This document shows, piece by piece, positions 50,701 through 59,029 of a DNA stretch of 64,000 nucleotides (the first letter of the stretch is position 1; every line of letters begins with the position of its first letter). Under the pieces are notes generated by a model, which made no database searches, was not told the origin of the DNA, and saw nothing but the letters and a program-made list of their open reading frames with translations. The translations under genes and the position numbers were made by a program. This DNA comes from Candidatus Staskawiczbacteria bacterium (GTDB taxonomy: Bacteria; Patescibacteriota; Minisyncoccia; Minisyncoccales; Staskawiczbacteraceae), in contig JAHFKU010000001.1 in assembly GCA_023245195.1 (NCBI GenBank), positions 27,662 to 91,661 of the forward strand. The letters are read 5' to 3'.

Positions 50701-53700
50701 CTTCTTGTGCAGTTTCTGTTGGCGGCACGTGGTCAAATAGCGGTACCTTTACTGCTCGAACAGGAACCGTTACCCTCACCGGAACTTCCACATTTTCTGA
50801 TACTACTTCGTTTTATAATCTGACAATCAACGGAAGCGGAAAAACGGTCACGCTTGGAGGAGCTTTAACTGCTTCAAATAATCTAACCATCACCGCTGGA
50901 ATCCTGGATGTTTCAGCTTCTGGTTGTTCTTCCGCCTCTTGTGCAGTTTCTGTTGGCGGTAACTGGTCTAATTCCGGAACCTTCACCGCAAGATCCGGCA
51001 CCGTTACGTTAACTTCAACTTCAAGCAGTGCTACCTTAGATTCGGGTGGCAGCAGCTTTTACAATCTCACCCAAAATGGAACGGGTGGTACTTACACTCT
51101 GCAAGGTGGTCTTGGAACGAGCAACAATTTAACTATCACCGCCGGAACGCTGGATACCAAATCAACATTTAATTACGGAGTTTCTGTTGGCGGCACGTGG
51201 TCGCGAAGCGGTACTTTTACCGTAAGAAATGCTAATTTCACCCTTACCGGAACTTCTACGTTTTCTGACACGATGAGTTTTTATAATTTCATTATTAATG
51301 CTAGTGGCAATACGGTTACCCTCGGTGCGGCTTTAACCGCCACCAACAACTTGACTATCACTGCTGGAACCCTGGATGTCTCGGCTTCTGGCTGTTCTTC
51401 CGCTTCTTGCGCAGTTTCTGTTGGAGGAAATTGGTCAAACTCCGGAACATTTACTAAGCGCACGGGAACGGTTACCTTAACTTCCACTTCTTCGGGCGCC
51501 ACCCTAACTTCCGGCGGCAGTAGTTTTTACAACTTAACCCAAAATGGAACCGGTGGTACTTACACTCTGCAAGATGCTTTATCGGCAACTAATAACTTAA
51601 CGATTACCGCCGGAACGCTAGATACCAAAGCCAGTTCTAACTACGGCGTCACGGTTGGTGGCACCTGGTCTAATTCTGGTACCTTTACGCCACAGCAAGG
51701 AACGGTCACCTTAACCGGAACTTCTACGTTTTCTGATACCACTTCTTTTTACAATATTACTATTAATGCCAGCGGCAATACCGTCACGCTTGGCGGAGCT
51801 TTAACTGCCACCAACAACTTAACCATCACCGCCGGAACTCTGGATGCTTCCGCTAGTGGTTGTTCGTCGGCTTCATGCGCTATTTCAGTTGGAGCTAACT
51901 TTTCAAACTCTGGAACCTTTACGGCAAGAACCGGTACGGTCACCATTACTTCCACTTCTTCAGGAGCCACACTAACTTCTGGCGGCAGCAGTTTTTACAA
52001 CTTAACCCAAAATGGTTCTGGTGGAACTTATACCCTGCAAGATGCTTTAGCTACTACTAATAACTTAACCATCACAAATGGAACTTTAGATGTATCGGCT
52101 TCTAACTGTTCTTCTGCTTCTTGTTCCGTCAGTGTTGGAGGCAACTTCTCAAATGCTGGTACCTTTACCGCCCGAAGCGGAACCGTAACATTAACTTCAA
52201 CGTCAGGAAGCGCTACGCTAAGTCCCGGAGGAACTTCATTTTATAACCTCACTCAAAATGGAAGTGGTGGAACTTATACTTTACAGGGAGGCTTAGGAGT
52301 TACCAATAATTTAACCATCACTGCCGGAACATTGGATACCAAAGCCAGCTCAAACTATGGTGTTACCGTTGGCGGCACCTGGTCTCGATCAGGAACCTTT
52401 ACGGTAAGGCAATCTAACTTTACTCTTACCGGCAACAATACGTTTGCCGACACGATGAGTTTTTACAATTTCATTATTAATGGCTCGGGTAAAACCACAA
52501 CTCTTGGTGCTGCCTTAACTGCTTCAAATAACTTAACCATCACCGCTGGCACCCTGGATGTTTCAGCCAGTGGTTGTTCCTCGGCTTCGTGCTCGGTCAC
52601 GGTTGCTGGAAACTTCTCCAATTCAGGAACCTTTACCGCCCGAACTGGCACGGTTACACTTAATGGCACGAGCCAGAAAGTATTTGGTTCCACCACCTTT
52701 TATAATTTCACAAAAAATATTGCCTCGGCTTCCGCTGACACCTTAATGTTTGAAAACACCAAAACCCAAACCGGCGCTTCCGGCGGAACCTTCAGCTTAG
52801 TGGGCGCTTCCGGAAAAGTGCTTACCCTCCGATCTATGGATTCTTCTGGAACTCAGTCAGATGGTACAGAGTGGAATCTTACGGTAAACGGCAGCCAAAA
52901 TGTTACCTATGTTGACGTTAAAGATTCCAATGCCTCCGGCGGAACGGCTATCGCTCAAACCAATTCCACGAATTCGGGCAACAATACTAACTGGACATTT
53001 AACACTGCCCCGACATTTTCTTCTATTTCTAATACCTCTGGTTATATTAAATCCGGAGGCACCGTAACTTTTACTACCACCGCCAGCGACCCTGATTCTG
53101 GCGATACTGTCACTCTGTACGTCTGCAAGGCCAACGATTTTACTGGCAGTGCTTGCGGATCGGGGGGCACGTGGTGTTCTTCTTCAGCTTCCACCACCAA
53201 TCCTTCGTGTAGTTACACGGTCCAATCTTCTGATACTGACGGCTCGCACACTTATTATGGAAATATTATAGATAATAATAGTTCTCAATCTTCGTCTAAT
53301 CCAAGATCAGGTACGTTTACCACTGATTCTACCGCTCCCACGGTTGATGCGGGAACTGATCAGTCAAAATCTGCCAGCTTCACCCAAGACGCTACGGTTT
53401 CTGATGCTACAAGCGGTATCGCTAGCTACCAGTGGAGCAAGCAATCGGGAGGCGGGACAATTACCTTTGGAACCGATACGGCCGAAGATACCACTATTTC
53501 TGCCAGTGCTGCCGGCACTTATGTAATTAGGCTGACCGCAACTGATAACGCTGGCAATTCCAATTACGACGAATTTACTCTTACCTGGACAGTTACATCT
53601 TCAAGCAGTGGCGGCAGTGGTGGCGGAGGCGGATCTCATTTTAGCGCTTTAGACAAGCCTCAAGGAAACTTTTCTCTTACTATTAATAATGGGAGCAGCA

Positions 53701-55331
53701 TAACTGCCAGTCAGGATGTTACCTTAAATATGATCGGGGTAGGCAGTGATGTAAAAAGCATGTCAGTTTCCAATGATCAGAATTTTGCCGGCGCGATTCA
53801 AGAAGCTTATCAAACAACAAAATCTTGGAGGCTTACTGATGGAGAGGGTCTAAAAACGGTCTATGTTAAGTTTTTCACTGCCTATGGGGTGGCTTCTGAT
53901 GTGATTACCTCAACCATCAATTATACGACCCAGCCTCAAAATCCTATTAGCCAAATTATTGACCAGATTGGGCAAGGTGTTACGGAAATTAAAGATAATA
54001 TTGGTAAGATATTTACTCTAAAACCGCCGGCTCCGCCAGCTTTGCCGCCAGTAGAAGAAACCGTAAAGAAGGCCGCGCCTCTTTCATTAAAAGGCAAATG
54101 GAATCTTTTGGCTTTTGATTCAATCTGGGAATTCCTTTTCGCTCCTTTGCCAACCGAAACAAAATCGTTGGCCAAAAAATTACCCGAAGTTAATGAATTG
54201 TTCAAGCAAACTGGAATTGTAACGGTTAATTCAACGGTTCAAAAATTACAAGGGGTTGAATTGACGGTTCCGGGATTAAATAAAAGAACGATTGTGCAAA
54301 AAATCGGTGGCGGCGGAACTATTCCCAAAGCAGAGCCTATTGAAGGTGGTAATTTAACGGCTCCAAAATTACAAGGCGGGGGATTAGCAAAAACGGAATT
54401 AGCGCCAGTTCAATTTGCGTTGCCAAAAAATATTCCCTTGGCCCAAATCGGGGCGAATATCAAAAAGGTTATTCCAACTGAAATTGTCTTTGCTAGAACC
54501 GCTAACGAGCTGATTGATTTTAATATTATTTTGTCTATCAATGACCAGGGAAAACTGCAACAACGAATTAATACCATTTCTGGCCAAGAAATTAAGCTGG
54601 CCGTAAAACCCGATGGGCCGGTCAGCAGTGTAAAAGGATATTTGGTTTTAAAATCAAAACAGCCAGCGCCAACCGCCTTTGAATTACCACGCAACATTTT
54701 CTCGGCATCATTGCTTTTTTCAAATCCTGATTTAGTGGCTTCTTCACAGGGCGCGCCAAAAGTTGAAACTCAATTATTATTAGATGAATTTGATTATCAA
54801 GACGAAGACAAAGATGGAATTTGGACTGCCAACATTAAAGCTCCAGCAGTTGATGGCGAATACGAAGTCACCACGATTATGAAGTACAAAGATATCAAGG
54901 TTGGAGATAAAGAAATAAGATTGGTCGTGGTGGTGGACCCGGAAGGCTATGTTTACAGCAGTGTGATGGGCGGGGAATTGCGTATTAATGGAGCGATCGT
55001 TTCTTTGTACTGGCTAAATCCCGAAAGCAAACAATACGAAATTTGGCCGGCGGCCGATTTCCAACAGGAAAATCCCCAAATTACCAACAAAACCGGTAAG
55101 TACGCATTTTTGGTGCCCGAGGGATTGTACTATATAGAAGTGGCGGCGCCCAACTATGCTACGTTCCAGTCTGAAGTTTTGACCGTCAAGCAAGGTAACG
55201 GCATCCACATGAATATTGAATTGAAAAGCAAGAATTGGTGGCTGGCCTATTTTGACTGGAAAACTATCTTATTGGCTTTGATATTTTTATTATTGTGTTA
55301 TTTAATCATTCGCGGTAAAATTAGAAAATAA
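41742..55331 (+). CDS. Giant (4529 aa) repetitive surface/adhesin-like protein with C-terminal TM anchor
   Basis: N-terminal TM, acidic linker, S/T/G beta-helix-like repeats, Ig/PKD-like domains, C-terminal hydrophobic helix plus basic tail. Confidence 0.88.
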   Translation: MPPKKRKHNIITIKIKDKNTVAKAPASLYVRIVSPAPAHKLWLLNLFSSQLQNFRFKSYFFGLFPTKDFRDSVFFKVFVAEFWHLKNTARTNIKSIALVSSLFIFSLTLTTGNSFISTYQIHQRDYRTIKDVVIKQLSPAVINQPTQYTVLVKQSLITKGKKGQYLVKLPKGATNISVKTILADQAKQILSKETPKITSLFSNLKNPLSFTKPSHSVSVKPKNGQFLLASLDESGLPETPPALEPVAVESLPVELPPAAEHAADPVKTQEESAVSESAPIQEEPVTSDVRVIKTKDATFVDVSSQAPPAPESVTENNSEASDAPVVPDAPAANDANQDSTNQDIADSPEIVSGEVPASDKSSADKPADKENKENSGQNNPDNKLKKEEYIKIDYQIQAAVITEQKTNHGKNVTVSAPNEDPEHPLTNVLAFTAIPEIFNIGQEDNIQIKWTNNQDQPMPFTAHDTNGNGKLDYLEWVVPHLSEQEFNIIYISKAFLLDQDKNVLEDIYPIVKEQDGTFQAVTQGQYVRVTFIKNLTQNNDITLYARPTDPNQPVTIKVYSALTDQLITTFDVIDHEDTYRVLLTNLEQDTDVFDLKITNANADIDFIVDPGNACATNTTGTVNWSAAGTWTSCGGGYPGQSGNSDTVTIANAAVAVTGDVTVTVDTITFTGGNASASINISNGITITATGAATINAPTSASITKEIAVGGGALSVGGLFTLASGSSSTRISKLSVGTGTATLSAGLTCTGSAETFTVASGGTFNFTGTMSAGCLTVTINSGSTTNFSGTVQLDGAYTFGIVTVNSGTTTMGAVAITFAGTTTLGGGTLAVSSATGTKTFTGAVTCTTGSFDLSAAAAVTSFAAGITANCTTFNTGSGTATLSATQSLAGSTNITFGGALTVSAGTTTNNNSGTVLSTGVLTLTGNWAQGANSTLSMNSTNSGSGTLDASTNTPNTVKYNATATLKAPTSSYHNLTITAGTVTSVAVTISNDLVVSGGTFSGTASITVNGGDVTGDGTITMTGGTFLLDGTGNFGGATAWTFNNLTFGDGSGTTTTTATGAGGITVTGATTVAANQTLDAGSKTWNLTGSVSTITFRAEAQDINTGTNCNPGEPAGTVANDLLVGMVWVGSAAGTTPSMPTGWTSLYSGISSNNDWRYNVGYIVRGSSAAATTFTNTNHYRECFIIGFSGVSTTGTIDAQSSSGTLSNASAHNPDPPAVTAVSSAAMAIALGWNEAGNAGPGTTNWTAPTNYTMRSTDPSNGNGVAIASRLLTSSGSENPSAFGNVGSGTTDYWDGATFTLTPATLTPLTVNGTFTASTSTVAFQNDMALTIPALTYYNLTLTPTITAARTYTFAGATTVSNNLDINPTASSALALTANLGGTTTVTGSITIEGTTSGTSKLDTVSGSNYSLTAASINITSAGTFTPQASTVTLTGTSGTLFTKAGTFTVATSTFVVTSSSGQPSLLSAATTFHILKINTTGGSTVINANQTITIDDASGAKLWIAGGVLNDSGYGISTSASTTNTLQIDSGTTLCLGGASTNTSTTCDSNATSTTSRTLPTFQTYTLDSASTVIYLSNAATTVTSKTYGNLSLMPKMTTGVGSLTYTMPSSTVSIAGNFNIKPTASNASLALTVNLATASNTVTGTTTIQPDSTNSPTAKLASTSSNYNLTTGKVDIESNGTLDINNSTLTVTGTSGTLFTRVGTFTIGGTSTTTFSGNGDATLNSGTITFDAMTSSGTGTKTLGNDITTGGALTISAGTLQLSTLSLTANSTTSLTGTLNDNSATGTNLFVGAVTINSGGVWTETNNPAFEFRGGLTENSSSGFTSGTGTYTFSTNAQTISGSQSFTITNLTNSVTSSTGLTFSGAQPTVTTLTQGSSAQLTFSGTVPTITTLTATASSNTVSYTSTSSQTTVAATYVNFIKSGAGGTATLGGNTTLNGTLTISSGTLQLSTANLSVTGASSITGTLNDNSATGTNTFTGAVTINSGGVWTETNNPGFTFQGGLTNDSSSGFTSGTGTYTFDTNAQTISGSQSFTITNLTNNVTSSTGLTFSGAQPTVTTLTQGSSAQLTFSGTVPTITTLTATASSNTVSYTSTSSQTTIAATYVNFVKSGSGGTATLGGDTVLNGTLTISSGSLQLSTASFTATGASSITGTLNDNSATGTNIFIGAVTINSGGVWTETNNPAFEFRGGLTNDSSSGFTSGTGTYTFSTNAQTISGSQSFTITNLTNSVTSSTGLTFSGAQPTVTTLTQGSSAYLTFSGNTVPTITTLTATASGNTVEYSAASQAIKVVSYVNLTLSGSGTATGAVTTVTGALNISGTVSWSADAITSTMTSVTVNTTGTLTLGANMATSGALTVTKGTFSASGSNYTVTAASVSSANTNTRTITMGSGLWTLNGTGTVWDTSTTTNLTLTSSGTIKITDTSSTANTFSGGGVTSFNNIYFSRGSSTASNTIAGSNTFADFKDDGSAAHSILFTTGTTQTVTTFTVSGTSGNLITINSTTTGTHTLSKASGTVFSDYLSVQHSIATGGASWYAGSHSTDNNSVTTAGSGWIFANAPCTSLATGNWNTAGTWDCGHVPTTSDPVIVAASHVVTMDVNSASLGTITINGTLNTSDGTSRSLSGTTLAIGAVGTLTANASVITLSGTSGTLFAITSGGTFTNGTSEVVITSAADLTLNSTATSFYKLTFNNSGNTTTLGAATTVDNNLTITAGTLQLSTLGLTVTGTTSLTGTLNDNSATGTNLFVGAVTINSGGVWTETNNPAFEFRGGLTENSSSGFTSGTGTYTFSTNAQTISGSQSFTITNLTNSVTSSTGLTFSGAQPTVTTLTQGSSAQLTFSGSMPTITTLTATASGNTVSYTSTGSQTVKGTTYVNLTIDKSGQTATLGGDTTANNNVTITAGTLDADNTNNYNLTVGGTWSNSGTFTPRQGTFTLTGTSTFSDTTSFYNFAINGSGKTVTLGGALTASNNLTITAGTLDVSASGCSSASCAVSVGGTWSNSGTFTARTGTVTLTGTSTFSDTTSFYNLTINGSGKTVTLGGALTASNNLTITAGILDVSASGCSSASCAVSVGGNWSNSGTFTARSGTVTLTSTSSSATLDSGGSSFYNLTQNGTGGTYTLQGGLGTSNNLTITAGTLDTKSTFNYGVSVGGTWSRSGTFTVRNANFTLTGTSTFSDTMSFYNFIINASGNTVTLGAALTATNNLTITAGTLDVSASGCSSASCAVSVGGNWSNSGTFTKRTGTVTLTSTSSGATLTSGGSSFYNLTQNGTGGTYTLQDALSATNNLTITAGTLDTKASSNYGVTVGGTWSNSGTFTPQQGTVTLTGTSTFSDTTSFYNITINASGNTVTLGGALTATNNLTITAGTLDASASGCSSASCAISVGANFSNSGTFTARTGTVTITSTSSGATLTSGGSSFYNLTQNGSGGTYTLQDALATTNNLTITNGTLDVSASNCSSASCSVSVGGNFSNAGTFTARSGTVTLTSTSGSATLSPGGTSFYNLTQNGSGGTYTLQGGLGVTNNLTITAGTLDTKASSNYGVTVGGTWSRSGTFTVRQSNFTLTGNNTFADTMSFYNFIINGSGKTTTLGAALTASNNLTITAGTLDVSASGCSSASCSVTVAGNFSNSGTFTARTGTVTLNGTSQKVFGSTTFYNFTKNIASASADTLMFENTKTQTGASGGTFSLVGASGKVLTLRSMDSSGTQSDGTEWNLTVNGSQNVTYVDVKDSNASGGTAIAQTNSTNSGNNTNWTFNTAPTFSSISNTSGYIKSGGTVTFTTTASDPDSGDTVTLYVCKANDFTGSACGSGGTWCSSSASTTNPSCSYTVQSSDTDGSHTYYGNIIDNNSSQSSSNPRSGTFTTDSTAPTVDAGTDQSKSASFTQDATVSDATSGIASYQWSKQSGGGTITFGTDTAEDTTISASAAGTYVIRLTATDNAGNSNYDEFTLTWTVTSSSSGGSGGGGGSHFSALDKPQGNFSLTINNGSSITASQDVTLNMIGVGSDVKSMSVSNDQNFAGAIQEAYQTTKSWRLTDGEGLKTVYVKFFTAYGVASDVITSTINYTTQPQNPISQIIDQIGQGVTEIKDNIGKIFTLKPPAPPALPPVEETVKKAAPLSLKGKWNLLAFDSIWEFLFAPLPTETKSLAKKLPEVNELFKQTGIVTVNSTVQKLQGVELTVPGLNKRTIVQKIGGGGTIPKAEPIEGGNLTAPKLQGGGLAKTELAPVQFALPKNIPLAQIGANIKKVIPTEIVFARTANELIDFNIILSINDQGKLQQRINTISGQEIKLAVKPDGPVSSVKGYLVLKSKQPAPTAFELPRNIFSASLLFSNPDLVASSQGAPKVETQLLLDEFDYQDEDKDGIWTANIKAPAVDGEYEVTTIMKYKDIKVGDKEIRLVVVVDPEGYVYSSVMGGELRINGAIVSLYWLNPESKQYEIWPAADFQQENPQITNKTGKYAFLVPEGLYYIEVAAPNYATFQSEVLTVKQGNGIHMNIELKSKNWWLAYFDWKTILLALIFLLLCYLIIRGKIRK

Positions 55332-55418
55332 TTAGCCTGCAAATTACGAATTTACGAATACGGTATTCGTAATTCGATAAAATTCGTAATTCGTAGGAAA
55401 TTTTTTCGAAAAAAAATT

Positions 55419-55781
55419 ATGGACAGATTCAAATTAGCCATTGTCATCATTGTTGCCGTTTTAGCTCTATCATTGCTTGCGAATTTTTTCCTGGGCATGG
55501 AGCTTTTTTTGCAAAAGAAAAAGACCCAAGAGCTTGCTCAATCAATCCATGTGCGGGCCAAGGTTTTGGATTTTGCTAATCTGTTTATTAATAAAGTATT
55601 GCGGGCCACGGGAGAAATTTCGTTTGAAGACCGGTTGAAAATTGAAAATGCGGTGCGAGACACGCAAGACAAAGAAATTTACGATGAATGGCAAAAATTC
55701 GTTGGGGTAAAAACCGAAGAAGAGGGGAGGGAAGAAATTAAAAATCTGTTGCAGCTGATTCTCAATAAAATATCAGCGTAA
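55419..55781 (+). CDS. Hypothetical membrane-anchored protein
   Basis: N-terminal TM; followed by terminator 55803-55852. Confidence 0.7.
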   Translation: MDRFKLAIVIIVAVLALSLLANFFLGMELFLQKKKTQELAQSIHVRAKVLDFANLFINKVLRATGEISFEDRLKIENAVRDTQDKEIYDEWQKFVGVKTEEEGREEIKNLLQLILNKISA

Positions 55782-55883
55782 TTCAAAGTAAATTAAACGG
55801 CTAATTTGAAACAAAAAAAGCGGGATCTTGCCGCTTTTTTTGTTTCAAATTTTAATGATGATTCTAAGTATTAGGTCCTTGTC

Positions 55884-56061
55884 ACACTTTAAATCCCGAA
55901 ATGCCTTCGAGGTATTTTTCCAGAATTTGGAGATAGAAATTTGATAGAATTTTCAGGCTTACGCAACGCGTCCGGCTGAAAATTATAGCAAATTTATAGC
56001 CCAAATTCTGGTAAAAGACCCGAAGAGCGGTTTAAAACGGGCATTTCGGGATTTAAAGTGT
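55884..56061. repeat. Family 1 palindromic element copy D
   Basis: acactttaaatcccgaaatgcc...ggcatttcgggatttaaagtgt. Confidence 0.88.
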
Positions 56062-56130
56062 CATCGCCTTCATACATTTTGTGCAGGCTAGTACCCGTTC
56101 TTTTTTACCCGTCATTAACCTGACCCATTG
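56053..56130 (-). pseudogene. Duplicated, diverged 3' end of rpmB
   Basis: Translates QWVRLMTGKKERVLACTKCMKAMTL*, versus QWVRLITSGKRVLACTKCMKAMAK* in rpmB; in-frame TGA six codons upstream. Confidence 0.85.
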
Positions 56131-56264
56131 CGTCGCTTCGCTCCTTCAAAACCCTGAGACGGGAATTCGGGTCAAGCCCGCAATTCTCGCGTCTTGCCGG
56201 TTTTGAATAATTTCCTACACGGGGAAATACCCAATTTCCCCGACCCCCTTTGTGACAATGGGTC
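56122..56264. repeat. Structured element between rpmB and its duplicated 3' end
   Basis: Outer arms gacccattg/caatgggtc; inner stems ttcaaaacc/ggttttgaa and ggggaaat/atttcccc. Confidence 0.75.
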
Positions 56265-56272
56265 CTATAATG

Positions 56273-56461
56273 CTATTTTGCCATAGCCTTCATACACTTT
56301 GTGCAAGCCAACACCCGCTTGCCGCTGGTAATCAAACGGACCCATTGTAAATTTGGGTATTTTCTTATCTTTTGAGTCGGATTGTACTTGCCCCTTAGTT
56401 TAACTAAAGACCAAGACATTCCGGATTTTTTAGCGCAAATAGCGCATATTTTGCTTGCCAT
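56273..56461 (-). CDS. rpmB: 50S ribosomal protein L28
   Basis: CAICAK..KYPNLQW..RVLACTKCMK. Confidence 0.88.
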   Translation of the reverse strand: MASKICAICAKKSGMSWSLVKLRGKYNPTQKIRKYPNLQWVRLITSGKRVLACTKCMKAMAK

Positions 56462-56665
56462 ATTATGAATTTCTAATTCTTAATTTCTAATTTCTATTAA
56501 ATTTTCAATGACCTAATTCCTAAACCTGTTTGAAAATTCACCAAGTTATAAATTTAATAGAAATTAGAAATTAGAAATTGAAAATTAACTTAGCTGTATT
56601 CTATCCTAACTTTCTATTTTTTGCAATATCTGGTATTATGAGCTTGAAATTTGAATTAATAAGTT

Positions 56666-57298
56666 ATGTTCGACCCTATTATTATTTTTTATTTAATTAT
56701 CCTCCTTTTTTCGGTTATCATCCATGAATTATCTCATGGTTATGTGGCTAATTCCCTGGGAGACCCAACGGCCAAATATGCAGGCCGTCTTACCTTAAAC
56801 CCTTTGCCTCACCTTGATATATTTGGGTCGGTTTTGTTGCCCATATTACTTTTTATATCAACCGGAGGGTCGTTTGTTTTTGGCTGGGCAAAGCCGGTTC
56901 CGGTCAACCCCTATAATTTTAGGGATCAAACATGGGGAGAATTAAAAGTATCAATTGCCGGCCCTTTATCAAACCTATTATTAGCAGTCTTTTTTGGTTT
57001 GTTAATAAGATTCATTCCGCAAGAATTTTTTGCCACGTTATCGGGCTCCAAACTAGGTGAAATATTCCTGTTAGTCGTAAGGCTCAATATTATGCTGGCT
57101 GTATTTAATTTAATCCCCATTCCTCCGCTTGACGGTTCGTGGATATTTTTTAAATTTTTGCCTGATAGTTTTCAAAAAGCCAGAGCGTTTATTTCGCAGT
57201 ACGGAATTATCATTTTAATGTTCCTTCTTTTTTCGGGATTATTGGATTGGGTAAATTACCTGGTGGCCTATTTAGTGCGCTTAATTACGGGAATATAA
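56666..57298 (+). CDS. Site-2 (M50) membrane metalloprotease
   Basis: HELSH, GRLTLNP..H, AGPLSN, FNLIPIPPLDG. Confidence 0.93.
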   Translation: MFDPIIIFYLIILLFSVIIHELSHGYVANSLGDPTAKYAGRLTLNPLPHLDIFGSVLLPILLFISTGGSFVFGWAKPVPVNPYNFRDQTWGELKVSIAGPLSNLLLAVFFGLLIRFIPQEFFATLSGSKLGEIFLLVVRLNIMLAVFNLIPIPPLDGSWIFFKFLPDSFQKARAFISQYGIIILMFLLFSGLLDWVNYLVAYLVRLITGI

Positions 57299-57309
57299 TA
57301 TCGTAAATA

Positions 57310-57338
57310 TTGACTCTATTTTTATTTTCTGATACACT
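57310..57338 (+). promoter_or_regulatory. str operon promoter
   Basis: TTGACT-17-TACACT with TG extension. Confidence 0.65.
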
Positions 57339-57375
57339 AGTGAGTATTGAGCGCAGTGCGCTTCTTATTTTTAAA

Positions 57376-57517
57376 GGAGTAATCACGAATATACAAATCT
57401 AAAGTAATATACGAATTTTACCAATATACAAATCACGTTCACGTCACGGCACGGCACACATTTGTATATTTGTAACATTTGTATATTTGAACGTATTAGT
57501 ATATTCGTGACTACTCC
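57376..57517. repeat. Inverted-repeat element in rpsL leader
   Basis: ggagtaatcacgaatatac...gtatattcgtgactactcc; left-arm copy at 32253-32310. Confidence 0.8.
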
Positions 57518-57523
57518 AAAAGA

Positions 57524-57934
57524 ATGCCTACTATCCATCAACTCATTAAAAAACCTAGAAAGCCGATTAAAGCCAAAAAGAAGGGCGTGGCTTTGCATTA
57601 CGGTTTTAATGCCTTGCAAAACAAGCCATCAACCTATCCGTCTCCATTTAAACGAGGAGTATGTGTGAAAGTGTTTACCCAAACTCCAAGAAAACCAAAC
57701 TCAGCTTTGCGAAAAGTAGCCAGGGTTAAATTATCCAATGGCATGGAAGTAACCGCTTATATCCCCGGAGAAGGACACAATTTACAAGAACACTCGGTGG
57801 TATTAATTCGTGGTGGAAGAGTTAAGGACTTGGGAGGAGTTAGGTATCACATTGTGCGGGGAGTGTTAGACACCGCCGGAGTTGAAAATAGAAAGCAGGG
57901 ACGAAGTCGTTACGGTACAAAATTGAAGAAATAA
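57524..57934 (+). CDS. rpsL: 30S ribosomal protein S12
   Basis: [30 protein letters not shown]. Confidence 0.98.
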   Translation: MPTIHQLIKKPRKPIKAKKKGVALHYGFNALQNKPSTYPSPFKRGVCVKVFTQTPRKPNSALRKVARVKLSNGMEVTAYIPGEGHNLQEHSVVLIRGGRVKDLGGVRYHIVRGVLDTAGVENRKQGRSRYGTKLKK

Positions 57935-58053
57935 TTTTCAATTTCTAATTTCTAATTTTCATTAAATTATTAATACGTGAATTTTCAATCACGTTTAGAA
58001 ATTAAATGATTAGAAATTTAATAGAAATTAGAAATTAATAATTAGAAATTCCA

Positions 58054-58518
58054 ATGCGCAGAGCCTATAAAAAACACAAATTATCACCAGACTCGGTCTA
58101 TAATGACCTCGTGGTTTCTCAGTTTATCAATAAAGTCATGAAGTCTGGCAAAAAAACCATTGCACAACGAATTGTGTACGATTCTTTTAATATGATCAAA
58201 GAAAAAACCCAAAAAGAGCCTCTGGAAGTTTTTAATAAAGCGATTGAAAATGTTTCTCCGGTTTTAGAAGTTAAGCCAAAACGGGTTGGGGGAGCGACGT
58301 ATCAAGTTCCTATGGAAGTCCGGCAAGAGCGGAAGTTAGATTTGGCGATTAAATGGATTTTAGACGCCGCCCGCGCCAAAAAGGGCAAGGGTATGGCGAT
58401 AAAATTAAGCGAAGAATTAATTGCTTGCTCAAATAACGAAGGCAACGCCATGAAAAAGAAAAACGACACCCACCGAATGGCCGAGGCCAACAAAGCTTTC
58501 GCGCATTTTGCAAGATAA
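58054..58518 (+). CDS. rpsG: 30S ribosomal protein S7
   Basis: [23 protein letters not shown]. Confidence 0.98.
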   Translation: MRRAYKKHKLSPDSVYNDLVVSQFINKVMKSGKKTIAQRIVYDSFNMIKEKTQKEPLEVFNKAIENVSPVLEVKPKRVGGATYQVPMEVRQERKLDLAIKWILDAARAKKGKGMAIKLSEELIACSNNEGNAMKKKNDTHRMAEANKAFAHFAR

Positions 58519-58603
58519 CTACGAAATACGAATATACGAATAAAAGTATTCGTCATCGCGACTTGCCGTGGCGAAGCAATCTGATTTTACAAAAAAAGGG
58601 CAC

Positions 58604-58870
58604 CTAGTTGATTTCGGTGTCCTGTTGCGAAACAGCCATGGCAAAAGATTCAGTGCGCTCCTTTGGCGATTCGCTTGATAACAAAGCTATTTCAGCTTTC
58701 TCGAATTTGTCCTCACTTCTTTGCGAGCCCAATATAAGCGAGTAGCTTGATAAAATACCTTCGTCGAGCAATTTTACAAGATCTTTTTGGTCTTGTTCAT
58801 TTTGAGGAATCAAGATAATCATGAAAGAATCTGTATCTTGCACCCTTAAATGATCCACGCTTTGTATCAT
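58604..58870 (-). CDS. Orphan acidic protein
   Basis: GGAGG SD and TG-n-TATAAT promoter upstream. Confidence 0.55.
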   Translation of the reverse strand: MIQSVDHLRVQDTDSFMIILIPQNEQDQKDLVKLLDEGILSSYSLILGSQRSEDKFEKAEIALLSSESPKERTESFAMAVSQQDTEIN

Positions 58871-59029
58871 GGCCTCCCCCTAAATACGAGGCATCGTATT
58901 TAGTAAAAATTACTCATACTGCCTCTTGGATTGATTATATCATATTGTAAAATCTTGTTAAGTGGTCAATAGTATTTTTGCTAAAAATCCAAAAATTGAC
59001 TTTGATTAAAAATAGGCTAAAATAAACCT

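Noticed and set aside
36257-52746. Many minus-strand V/P/A-rich ORFs
   Set aside because: Antisense shadows of Thr/Gly/Ser codon bias in the giant genes.
56224-56265. Guide-like match between the element and the rpmB KYPNLQWV codons
   Set aside because: Beyond the 11 nt arm, the aaatacccaa match lies in its own hairpin and is short enough to be chance.
25148-58050. CRISPR array
   Set aside because: Repeats are short-period and inverted, with no constant repeat plus unique spacers and no cas genes.
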